DNA from: Tagaea sp.
Lineage (GTDB): Bacteria > Pseudomonadota > Alphaproteobacteria > CACIAM-22H2
Assembly (NCBI GenBank): GCA_044378015.1
Contig: JBILXZ010000015.1
Location: forward strand, 3,013 to 67,012
Length of the DNA: 64,000 nt
Direction of reading: 5' to 3'
How positions within the stretch are numbered: position 1 is the first letter of the stretch; each line of letters opens with the position of its first letter. Below are positions 49,120 through 57,055 of this stretch, piece after piece. The position numbers and the translations under genes are program-made. The notes beneath the pieces were generated by a model. That model was not told the origin of the DNA and did no database searches. It saw nothing but the letters and a program-made list of their open reading frames with translations.

Positions 49120-49991
49120 CGGAACGCCTCGCGCATGGTGCGCCAGACATACACCGCCGCAAGCGACATCAGGAAAAGAGTGAGGACGACGGCGAGCGCG
49201 GAGCCGTAGCCGAACTCCATGCCGCTATAGGCGCGCAGGAAAGCGTAGAGCGGCAGCGTATGCGTCTCGTAGCCAGGTCCGCCGCCTGTCATCACGAGAA
49301 TGACGTCGAGCGAGTTCGCGACCCAGATCGTGCGCAGCAGCAAGGCTGTGAGTATGACCCCCTTCAAGCCCGGCCATACGACGTGCCGCAAGCGCTGCAA
49401 GCGCGACGCACCGTCGATTTCGGCGGCTTCATGCAGCTCGTTCGGTATAGCTTGCAAGCCGGCAAGTATGACGACCGCGAAGAACGGAAACCCCTGCCAG
49501 ACCAATGCAGCGACTACAGCCAGCAGGGCAGTATCCGCACGCGCGAGCCAAGCCACCGGCCCTTCGAGCACCCCGATGCGCAGCAAAAGATCGTTTAGAA
49601 GACCCAGATTGTAGTCGTATATCCAGGTGAACATCAGGCCGATGATAACCGACGGCAAGGCCCAAGGGATGATGACCAAAGCGCGCGCAGCACTGCGCCA
49701 GAAGAAGCTTTCGTTGAGCACCACAGCTGCCCCGAAGCCGAGCGCAAACTGCAGGCTGACGGCAAGCCCGACCCAGACAAAGGAGTTCCACAGCGAGATC
49801 CAGAACGCCTCGTCGGCGATCAGGCGCGCATAGTTGCCGAAGCCGACGAACGGCACGTTGTGCGGCCGAAAAAGCACGAAATCGTGCAGGCTCATCCACA
49901 GGGTCGTGGCGACCGGATAGAGCACGATCGCCGCCGTCGCAAGAAGGGCCGGCGCCAAAAACAGATAGGGCGTGAAGCGATTTCCGATCAT
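49116..49991 (-). CDS. ABC sugar permease (MalF/UgpA-like)
   Basis: 6 TM segments with the EAA region …EIDGASRLQRLRHVVWP…. Confidence 0.85.
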   Translation of the reverse strand: MIGNRFTPYLFLAPALLATAAIVLYPVATTLWMSLHDFVLFRPHNVPFVGFGNYARLIADEAFWISLWNSFVWVGLAVSLQFALGFGAAVVLNESFFWRSAARALVIIPWALPSVIIGLMFTWIYDYNLGLLNDLLLRIGVLEGPVAWLARADTALLAVVAALVWQGFPFFAVVILAGLQAIPNELHEAAEIDGASRLQRLRHVVWPGLKGVILTALLLRTIWVANSLDVILVMTGGGPGYETHTLPLYAFLRAYSGMEFGYGSALAVVLTLFLMSLAAVYVWRTMREAFR

Positions 49992-50033
49992 TGCGGAAGA
50001 ACGGGGCGGCGCCGAAACGCCGCCCCTGCCGCC

Positions 50034-51245
50034 TCAGCCATGATATTGGCGTTCGATCGCCCGCATCATCTCGTCGGGCTCGATCTGGCCCAGCAAGGCT
50101 CGCTGCATGTTTGTGGGCCACACGGTGCGCACGAAATCCGCCGTCTGCGTCACATTGGGCAGCGCATCGGCGATCGGCACCGACTGGGCTGTCGCATCGA
50201 CGAAGCGTTTCGGGTGCAGCGTCCAGTTTGCCGCCCCCGACTGCGTCACCGTCAGCTGCCCGGTGAACTTGTTGAACTCGACGTTCGCATCGCCGCTCGA
50301 CAGATAAGATATCCAGCGGAACGCGGCTGCTTTGTTGCGACTTGCCGCAAAGACGGCGTTCGACTCGTCGCCGAACGACGTCCAGCCTTTGCCGTCGGGT
50401 CCGCGCGGAACCGGAACGGCCGAGACGCGGTCGCCCAACGCCTGGACCATCTCGTTTGCCGAGCCGATATGGTGGATCGTCATCGCGGTTCGACCGGCCT
50501 TGAAATTGTCCACGATCTGCCGGAACCCGTCGTTCGGCGCCGACGGCGGGAACACGCCGTGCTGGCGACCGAGCGCCACGAACCAGCGATTGGCGGCCAA
50601 AGCACGCGGGCTCACCATGCCGCCGCGCGCGAAACTGGCGCCGCCACCGAGGACGAACGTGCCCCAATGATCGTGCCCGCCCGCTCCGCCACGCATGCCG
50701 AAGCCGTGGACGTCGCCCTTGGTCGTGGCGCGCGCTGCCGCGAGAAACTCCTCGAACGTCTTGGGCGCTGCAACGCCGGCCTGCTGGAAGAGATCGACGC
50801 GATAGTAGAGATAGAGCACGACATATTGCAGCGGCAGATAATAACGCTTGCCGTCCGGCGCTTTATGCAGGGTCCACAGGCTGTCGGCGATGTCCTTGGC
50901 CCCTGCCCAGGAGTCGACCATCGCGTCGAGCTGTTCGAGTGCGCGCATCTCGAGCAGGCGCGACATGTTGGCGAGCTTGACCATCGCGCAATCGGGCGCA
51001 TTGTTGGCGACAAGGGCCGCATAGAGCCGAGTGTAGTAGTCGTTGCCCCCGCCCCAGGGGATGCTTTCGGCCTGAATCTTGATGCCTGGGTTTGCGCGCT
51101 CGAACGCGGCAATCAAGTCGGTCGGCGAATGCTGCGGATTGTCGAAATGGTACCACCAACGCACCGTCGCAGGCGCCTGGGCGCGCGCGATCGAAGGAGC
51201 TGCAAGTGCGGCTGCACCGGCGGCCAGGAAGTTTCTGCGTTTCAT
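50034..51245 (-). CDS. ABC transporter substrate-binding protein (family 1, sugar type)
   Basis: ATG at 51245 (MKRRNFLAAGAAALAAPSIARAQA, Tat-like). The 91-aa N-terminal extension in the track is spurious. Confidence 0.8.
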   Translation of the reverse strand: MKRRNFLAAGAAALAAPSIARAQAPATVRWWYHFDNPQHSPTDLIAAFERANPGIKIQAESIPWGGGNDYYTRLYAALVANNAPDCAMVKLANMSRLLEMRALEQLDAMVDSWAGAKDIADSLWTLHKAPDGKRYYLPLQYVVLYLYYRVDLFQQAGVAAPKTFEEFLAAARATTKGDVHGFGMRGGAGGHDHWGTFVLGGGASFARGGMVSPRALAANRWFVALGRQHGVFPPSAPNDGFRQIVDNFKAGRTAMTIHHIGSANEMVQALGDRVSAVPVPRGPDGKGWTSFGDESNAVFAASRNKAAAFRWISYLSSGDANVEFNKFTGQLTVTQSGAANWTLHPKRFVDATAQSVPIADALPNVTQTADFVRTVWPTNMQRALLGQIEPDEMMRAIERQYHG

Positions 51246-51268
51246 CGGCGTTTCTCCCGTTTTTTTGG

Positions 51269-52168
51269 TTATTGAAGTTTTTCCGCAAAGAAGCGGCCGG
51301 CCGCACGATGCGCTATGCGGGCCGGTTCGAGTTTCGCGGACATCTGCATGAAGCCGTGGCAAACACCCGCAAAGATGTCCAAACGAACGTCGTTGCCCGC
51401 CTCGCCGAGGGCGCGCGCAAAACCGAAACTTTCGTCGCGCAGCGGATCGAGGCCGGCGGCGTTCAGATAGAGCGGCGGCAATCCGGCCAGGTCGGGCAAA
51501 TGTGCCGGTCCCCGCCAATTCGCCCAGTACCAGCGCATGCGCGCGGTTGTGAGCAGATAGGCGCCGCCGCCAAACGCCGCATGGCTCGGCGTGTCGAATA
51601 TCGGCGCATAGCAGCCGTAGAACAGCGCCGCCGCCCGCAGGCGATTGCGCCCGCGCGCCGCCGTCAGAACGCCGAGAGATATCCCTGCCCCGGCCGAATC
51701 GCCGGCGAGACCAATCCGGGACGGATCAACCGCATCGCCGAGCAAGCCTGCGCGCACGGCATCGAGTGTATCCAGCGTATCGTCGATCGCCGCCGGATAC
51801 GGATGTTCGGGAGCGCGACGATAGTTGATCCCTAGAACGCAAGCGCCCGCCTCGATCGCCAAGCGCGCCATGGACCCGTGATGCGTATCGATCGAACCGA
51901 AGGTCCAACCACCGCCATGGACAAACACGATGACCGGACGGTTGCGCTCGAGCGTGGGCCGCAGCAACCGCGCACGTATCGGGCCGCCCGCCGCCGGTAT
52001 CTCCAGATCCCGGCTCTCGCCGAGCGCAGGGATCGCAGTATTCCAGTTTGCCGCAAGCCGCTCGAACGTCGTGCGTGCCTCAGCGAGCGGCATGTTCGGA
52101 TAGTCGGGGGCCGCCCCGCCGCCCGCTAGAATCGCGGACATTTCCGGATGCAGATAGACGTCGCTCAT
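51269..52168 (-). CDS. Alpha/beta hydrolase fold-3 esterase/lipase
   Basis: HGGGW oxyanion motif and GDSAGA nucleophile elbow. ATG at 52168 overlaps the TGA of the GntR gene. Confidence 0.8.
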   Translation of the reverse strand: MSDVYLHPEMSAILAGGGAAPDYPNMPLAEARTTFERLAANWNTAIPALGESRDLEIPAAGGPIRARLLRPTLERNRPVIVFVHGGGWTFGSIDTHHGSMARLAIEAGACVLGINYRRAPEHPYPAAIDDTLDTLDAVRAGLLGDAVDPSRIGLAGDSAGAGISLGVLTAARGRNRLRAAALFYGCYAPIFDTPSHAAFGGGAYLLTTARMRWYWANWRGPAHLPDLAGLPPLYLNAAGLDPLRDESFGFARALGEAGNDVRLDIFAGVCHGFMQMSAKLEPARIAHRAAGRFFAEKLQ

Positions 52169-52821
52169 GCTGCACGCCGTTTGCGCGCGCGCGGCGCTAC
52201 GATTTCGACGATCGTGTCGAGATGGTGCGCAATCTCTTCGGCAAGGCGCGCACCGTCGCGCGCGTCGAGTGCCGCAATCAGCACGTCGTGCCGCTCGGCC
52301 GTGCGTGCGAGGCTGCGCCTGTGCCCTGGCGCCCAAAGTTTCTGACGGTGCGAATGGAGCATGCAGCGGATCAAGATCTGTTCGAGGACCGGCGGGCTCG
52401 CGAGCGCGAAAATCGCCGCGTGGAACTGCATGTCAAGTTCGATCAAGGCATATTCGTCGTTACGGCGCGCCGCGCGCGCCATACCGTCGCGCAACGCAAC
52501 AAGATTGGCGCGCGCATCTGGCTCATAGGCAGCAACGGCGCGCAGCGCTCCACGCGTCTCCAATCGTTTGCGTAGATCCAGCACTTCTTCGGCCGCAGCC
52601 GGATCGAGTGGCGTAACGCTCGTGCCGCGATGACCCGAACGCACGACCAAACCGTCTTCCTGAAGACGCAGCAACGCTTCGCGCACCGTGCCTTGGCTGC
52701 ATTCGAGATCGCGGGCGAGACCAAGCTCGGTCAGCGGTTCGCCCGGACTGATCTCATTGAGCACGATGCGCTGTTTCAGCGTCGAATAGACGACTTCGCG
52801 CGGTCGCGCGGCCTTCGCCAT
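52165..52821 (-). CDS. GntR family transcriptional regulator (FCD domain)
   Basis: …LTELGLARDLECSQGTVREALLRLQEDGLV… HTH plus FCD. First gene of the operon. Confidence 0.85.
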   Translation of the reverse strand: MAKAARPREVVYSTLKQRIVLNEISPGEPLTELGLARDLECSQGTVREALLRLQEDGLVVRSGHRGTSVTPLDPAAAEEVLDLRKRLETRGALRAVAAYEPDARANLVALRDGMARAARRNDEYALIELDMQFHAAIFALASPPVLEQILIRCMLHSHRQKLWAPGHRRSLARTAERHDVLIAALDARDGARLAEEIAHHLDTIVEIVAPRARKRRAA

Positions 52822-52853
52822 AAGCCCCCCTCAGATTCGATTGTTACCTCTAC

Positions 52854-52871
52854 ATTATCGATATCAATAAT
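52854..52871. promoter_or_regulatory. AT-rich 18-bp near-palindrome ATTATCGATATCAATAAT upstream of the GntR gene. Candidate operator.
   Basis: 16 of 18 positions are self-complementary. Lies 33 nt upstream of the regulator start in otherwise GC-rich DNA. Confidence 0.35.
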
Positions 52872-53020
52872 AGATGGCAAGCGCGTGTCAGAGGTCTGCT
52901 AAACATGCCACCCGTGCCCGGGCCAAACTTCAAACGTGTCAGCATGGATTGGCCCGAATTGCTGCGGCGAAGTGACAGCCCCCCTTCCGGCCGAAAGCGC
53001 GAGCAGATAAACTCAGGTCT

Positions 53021-53062
53021 GAATAAACAAAAGCCCGCCGACCGGTTTCCCGGCGGCGGGCT
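53021..53062 (-). terminator. Rho-independent terminator (minus strand) immediately 3' of the tRNA-like fragment
   Basis: On the minus strand, GCCCGCCGCCGGGAAACCGGTCGGCGGGC followed by TTTTGTTTATTC. Confidence 0.6.
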
Positions 53063-53069
53063 TCGTTAG

Positions 53070-53104
53070 TGGTCGGAGCGGCGGGATTCGAACCCACGAC
53101 CCCC
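53070..53104 (-). other. tRNA 3'-end fragment (T-arm, acceptor 3' strand and CCA), probably an attachment-site remnant
   Basis: Minus strand reads …GGGGGTCGTGGGTTCGAATCCCGCCGCTCCGACCA-3'. T-loop TTCGAAT with a 5-bp stem. No matching acceptor 5' strand (CGGAGCG) upstream, so the tRNA is incomplete. Confidence 0.5.
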
Positions 53105-53267
53105 AGTCCCACAGTTTTCAAAAAACTGAGCAGTTTCAATATCGGTTTCCGGCATTTCTAGCAAAAAAAGAATTGAGTGGAAACCAAGGGCATATAAGGC
53201 CGATTGAAAGCAACGCCGACCCGTGCCTTTCATTTGTAACCGTCGTCGTGAGGCCACGGTTGACCTG

Positions 53268-53286
53268 AACTGATGCCGTCAGACGG
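53268..53286. repeat. 19-nt hairpin repeat CTGATGCCGTCAGACGGC (copy 1)
   Basis: Perfect palindrome GCCGTC-A-GACGGC overlapping the stop codon of the pRiA4b-ORF3-like gene. Near-identical to 63261..63280. Confidence 0.6.
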
Positions 53287-53875
53287 CGCGGCGTTTCCGG
53301 GCTGCCGGTTTGCGCGCCCATTTGCGCGCGAGAGCGAGCAGTGCCAGGTCGATGGCGGGGATGTCGACGGCAGCCGGATCGAAGCCATCGAGATCGATCC
53401 ATTCGTCGAACTCGGCACGCCGTTCGTGATCGGGATCGGCCTTGGCTGCGAGCATCTCCATGTAGCCGGGGTAGCCGCCGACGTCCTCGGGCGGACAGCG
53501 TCCGGCGGCGTCGAGAAGCCGGGGATACGCCCTGTTCGGCACCGTCGGCTCAATGCGCTCGATCTTGAGCGTGTGCTCCCAGTTGTCGCCGAAGTCGTAG
53601 ACGTATTTGAGGGTTTTGGCGCCGGCATCTTCGAGGGCGTCAACGAGCCGGGCTTTGCGCGCGTCGAGCGGACCGCCGCCGAAGTCTGGATCCGGTAAGC
53701 CCCATCCAATGTCACGCGCCCGGATCTCGTAGAGATGGCTGTTCGTCCAACCCATCGCAGCTTGAATCGCCAGATGCAGCCGGTCGAGACGGATATCGAG
53801 CGGCACCTCGATCCGGCGCATTACCTTGGGCTCAATGTCGTCGAGCGTGATCTTCAGGCGCACGATTGCAGTCAT
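53279..53875 (-). CDS. Plasmid pRiA4b ORF-3-like family protein
   Basis: MTAIVRLKITLDDIEPKVMRRIEVPLD…YVYDFGDNWEHTLKIE…PPEDVGGYPGY match the family's hallmark blocks. ATG overlaps the IS66 transposase stop (ATGA). Confidence 0.7.
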   Translation of the reverse strand: MTAIVRLKITLDDIEPKVMRRIEVPLDIRLDRLHLAIQAAMGWTNSHLYEIRARDIGWGLPDPDFGGGPLDARKARLVDALEDAGAKTLKYVYDFGDNWEHTLKIERIEPTVPNRAYPRLLDAAGRCPPEDVGGYPGYMEMLAAKADPDHERRAEFDEWIDLDGFDPAAVDIPAIDLALLALARKWARKPAARKRRAV

Positions 53876-55494
53876 GCCGCCAGTTTAGGATCGCTCCGCG
53901 TAATTGCCCAGCGCCATGGCAGCAGCTCGGCGATGCGATTGATGGGATGGCTGGCGGCGAGCGCGTCGAGAACGACGGTGAGGTAGGCGAGCGGATCGAC
54001 TGCGTTGAGCTTGGCGGTTTCGATCAGTGAAGCGAGACACGCCCAATGCTGCGCGCCGCCGTCGCTGCCCGCGAACAGGGCGTTCTTGCGGGTGAGCGCC
54101 TGGGGCCGGATCGCACGTTCGACGGCGTTGGTGTCGAGCTCGACGCGGCCGTCGTCGATGAACCGGATCAACCCCGCCCAGTGCGAGAGCGCGTAGCGGA
54201 TCGCCTTGGCGATCGGGGATTTGCCCGACACGCGCTCGAGATTGGCGCGCAGCCATGGCTCGAAGGCCTCGATGATCGGCTTGCTGCGCTCTTGGCGGGC
54301 TGCCGCGCGGATATCGGGCGCGCTGCCGCGGATTTCAGCCTCGATCTTGTAGAGAGCTGCGATCCGGCGAAGCGCCTCCTCGGCGATCGGTGCTGGACCG
54401 GCCGCCGCAATCTCGTAGAACTTGCGCCGCGTATGCGCCCAGCACAGCGCCAGCGTGATGTCGCCGGTCTCGGCGAGGGCGCCGTAGGCAGCATAGCCAT
54501 CGACCTGTAGCACCCCCCGGAACCCGGCAAGGTGCTCGCGCGGCCGCGCTTTGGTCCGGTCGGGCGCGTAGACATACGCGACTGATGGGGGTGACGTTCC
54601 GCCCCACGGTCGATCATCGCGCGCATAGGCCCAGAACTGGCCGGTCTTGGTCCGCCCCCGTCCGGGATCGAGCACCGGTGCCGTCGTCTCGTCGGCGAAC
54701 AGCTTTTCCGAGGCGTTCAGATCAGCCCGCAATGCCGCGTAAAGCGGCGCCAGATACCAAGCCGCCCGCCCGACCCAGTCGGCCAGCGTGGCGCGATCGA
54801 GCTCGATGCCTTGGCGCGCGTAGATCCCCGCCTGGCGGTAGAGCGGGCAGTGATCGGCGTATTTGCTGACGGCGACCTGCGCGATCAGCCCTTCCGTCGG
54901 CAAGCCGCCTTCGACGATGTGCCCAGGGGCTGGCGCCTGCACGACCGTACCCTCACACGCCCGGCACGCGTATTTGGGGCGGCGGGTGACGATGACGCGG
55001 AACTGGGCCGGTACGATGTCCAGCCGCTCTGCTACGTCCTCGCCGATCCGGTGCAGTTCCCCCCGGCAGCACGGGCACGCCTTATCGTCGAGGTCGATGA
55101 CGCGCTCGATGCGCGGCAGATGGGCGGGCAGGTTCCCGCGATTGCGGCGAGGCCTGGCCGCACGCGCGGCGGGCGTGAGCTTGGCATCAACCTCGGCCGC
55201 AACGGCGGCAAGTTCCTGCTCGGCATCCTCGAGCCCCAGGTTCAACTGGTCGGGATCGAGCTTCTCCGAACGTGCGCCGAAGCGGTTCCGGTTCAGAAGG
55301 GCGATATGCGCATCGAGTTGCTCGATCCGCGCATTCGCCGCGTCGCGCGCCAACTCGGCGGCTATCCGTGCGAGCCGCTCGCGCTCGGCCGTCTCGTCCG
55401 CCGCGATCCGCAGCGCGTTTTCCGCGACCAGCATCGCGCGCAACGTTGCGGCATCTTCGGGCAAGTTGCTGAGATCGAGCGCCATGATTCCCAT
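53872..55494 (-). CDS. IS66-family transposase (TnpC)
   Basis: Zn-finger CPCCRGELHRIGED…, conserved …YAYARDDRPWGG… and the C-terminal IS66 blocks. Confidence 0.9.
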   Translation of the reverse strand: MGIMALDLSNLPEDAATLRAMLVAENALRIAADETAERERLARIAAELARDAANARIEQLDAHIALLNRNRFGARSEKLDPDQLNLGLEDAEQELAAVAAEVDAKLTPAARAARPRRNRGNLPAHLPRIERVIDLDDKACPCCRGELHRIGEDVAERLDIVPAQFRVIVTRRPKYACRACEGTVVQAPAPGHIVEGGLPTEGLIAQVAVSKYADHCPLYRQAGIYARQGIELDRATLADWVGRAAWYLAPLYAALRADLNASEKLFADETTAPVLDPGRGRTKTGQFWAYARDDRPWGGTSPPSVAYVYAPDRTKARPREHLAGFRGVLQVDGYAAYGALAETGDITLALCWAHTRRKFYEIAAAGPAPIAEEALRRIAALYKIEAEIRGSAPDIRAAARQERSKPIIEAFEPWLRANLERVSGKSPIAKAIRYALSHWAGLIRFIDDGRVELDTNAVERAIRPQALTRKNALFAGSDGGAQHWACLASLIETAKLNAVDPLAYLTVVLDALAASHPINRIAELLPWRWAITRSDPKLAA

Positions 55495-55536
55495 ATGGAA
55501 TCGCGGCCTCCGCGCACAAGACCCGGTGCGGGCTAT

Positions 55537-55890
55537 TTATGCGCTCGCCGTCGGCGTTGCCGTGTCCTCGGCATGTACGCGCATCCAGTCGAGCCCTTCG
55601 ATCAAGGCACCAAGCTGTGCCGGCGTTAGCCGTATCGCGCCATCCTCGATCTTCGGCCAGCGGAACCGCCCGTCCTCCAGCGTCTTGGCGAACAGGCAAA
55701 GCCCCGTGCCGTCCCAGTAGACCAGCTTCAGTCGATCGGCGCGCTTCGCGCGGAACACGAACACGGCCCCCGAGAAGGGGTCGGCCTTGATGGTTTCCTG
55801 CACGAGTGCTGCCAGGCCGTTCGCACCCTTGCGGAAGTCCACGGGCTTCAGCGCGATCAGGACGCGGACCCCGCGCCCGGGAACGATCAC
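55537..55890 (-). CDS. IS66 Orf2 (TnpB)
   Basis: …LIALKPVDFRKGANGLAALV…VFVFRAKRADRLKLVYWDGTGLCLFAK… characteristic of IS66 orf2. Confidence 0.9.
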   Translation of the reverse strand: MIVPGRGVRVLIALKPVDFRKGANGLAALVQETIKADPFSGAVFVFRAKRADRLKLVYWDGTGLCLFAKTLEDGRFRWPKIEDGAIRLTPAQLGALIEGLDWMRVHAEDTATPTASA

Positions 55891-56276
55891 GGACGGCCCC
55901 GCAAGGCACGGATCGCCGCCGTCACGATCGAAGCCGGCGCATCACCCGGCAGTCGTACCCGCGCGCCCTTCATCTCGATCTCGATAAACGATAATGGCGT
56001 AGCCGACGATACGGGGGTTTCAGCCGGCGGGGCCGGGCCCGTCAGCAGCACCGGCGCAAAGGACATGCTCGGCTTCGGCGCCGATCCGCGCGGCGCCGTA
56101 CCCAGCCCCGCCTCCTTCCGCCACTTGTAGACCAGGCTCCGATTTACTCCGAAGCGCCGAGCTATCGCGGCACCGCTCGCCCCGGGCTTTGCGAGTTCCG
56201 CCAGGATCTCCGCCTTCTCGTCCTCGCTCCAGCGACGGCGCCGTTCGGGACCGTCCAGAATCTCTGCTCGTGTCAT
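55887..56276 (-). CDS. IS66 Orf1 (TnpA, HTH)
   Basis: …RRRWSEDEKAEILAELAKPGASGAAIARRFGVNRSLVYKWRKE… Overlaps orf2 by 4 nt. Confidence 0.85.
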   Translation of the reverse strand: MTRAEILDGPERRRRWSEDEKAEILAELAKPGASGAAIARRFGVNRSLVYKWRKEAGLGTAPRGSAPKPSMSFAPVLLTGPAPPAETPVSSATPLSFIEIEMKGARVRLPGDAPASIVTAAIRALRGRP

Positions 56277-56556
56277 GCGTCACCTTAGCGGCGCCGCTAA
56301 CACTGTCGCTTAATTCAGCGCCGGACCGACACAATCGCTGCCGCGTAGATCGCCAACAACAAGGGCCCCATGACGACGCTCACTTTCATTTCGAAATCTT
56401 GGCGATTGTTTAGCAGCACCGATCAAACGAACTGGTTTCCCGTAGCCCGACGTTCGATTTCCCTACGGCGTGCCGTAGCGGGCGAAGCTGGGCACTATTG
56501 GACTCGTGTTCTTTAACCCGTTTCGGCATACCTGGAGACAGCCAAATCAGACCGGT

Positions 56557-56612
56557 TCTCACTTTCGTCGCCGCTGGCGTGCCGTAGTGGATGTAAGTGA
56601 GAACCTTTGGAG
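56557..56612 (+). repeat. Copy 3 of the ~58-bp nested-hairpin repeat, followed by an AT-rich tail
   Basis: ttctcactttcgtcgccgctggcgtgccgtagtggatgtaagtgagaacctttggagcgag. A degenerate relative (ctacggcgtgccgtagcggg) lies at 56456..56478. Confidence 0.8.
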
Positions 56613-56743
56613 CGAGATATACAAAGTTCCAAAATTCCTTTAAATATCTAAAAATACTTACATTTTCGAGCGGCCGCTTATTGTGTCCGACATGTGCCCG
56701 CTCTTTCATTCGGCTTGGTTCAAAAACTCGATCAGGTCAGACC

Positions 56744-56876
56744 TGCTCCTCGGCGGTGCCGTTAGGCGGGGTTTGTTTCATCGGTCTCATCCTCGTCCCT
56801 TTCACGGTGACGATGATCCGACAACTCTCCGGTACGCAAACTACTCAAACTGTCCTATGGGCGCTGACGACGAACA
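56744..56876 (+). repeat. Copy A of a ~135-bp direct repeat, upstream of the FAD oxidoreductase–phnX operon
   Basis: ctcggcggtgccgttaggcggggtttgtttcatcggtctcatcctcgtccc…aaactgtcctatgggcgctgacg. About 80% identical to 59108..59242. Confidence 0.8.
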
Positions 56877-57055
56877 ACCTCGAGTGCCGTGTTGAAAATG
56901 AAGGATGCTGACGGCGGCGATGACGGTTACGATCTTCCTTGCGGCAACGCTGATGCGCATCGTCTATACTGACGCCTCAATCGGCTTTCTTGCGCGTTCG
57001 CAAGCCTCGCGGCGGCGGTGAGCGCGTCCAGGTTGCCGGAAGAAGGGGCATTCGA

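Larger units (their letters stand above)
53872..56276 (-). mobile_element. IS66-family element (three-ORF core tnpA–tnpB–tnpC). Terminal repeats not resolved.
   Basis: Canonical IS66 gene order, all on the minus strand. Element ends not identified by eye. The adjacent pRiA4b-like gene may be a passenger ORF. Confidence 0.8.

Noticed and set aside
53060-53165. Possible complete tRNA gene
   Set aside because: Only the T-arm and acceptor 3' strand plus CCA fold canonically. No 5' acceptor strand complementary to CGCTCCG is present upstream. An apparent anticodon hairpin (CAGTT-TTTTGAA-AACTG) is separated from the T-arm by a 14-nt spacer, so the sequence does not fold as a complete tRNA.
56410-56709. 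99-aa minus-strand ORF
   Set aside because: It spans the 58-bp repeat and the AT-rich tail and has no coding-like composition. It is more likely non-coding repeat sequence.
56683-56895. Small ORFs inside the 135-bp repeats (also 59076..59276 and 59041..59226) as bona fide genes
   Set aside because: Two different frames are conserved between the copies, as expected from plain DNA identity. Coding cannot be established from sequence alone, so this is kept only as a hypothesis inside a finding.
56980-57000. Pho box upstream of the phosphonate genes
   Set aside because: No convincing tandem 7-bp CTGTCAT-type repeat with 4-bp spacing was seen. Only a loose CTGTCC…GCTGAC pair inside the 135-bp repeat.
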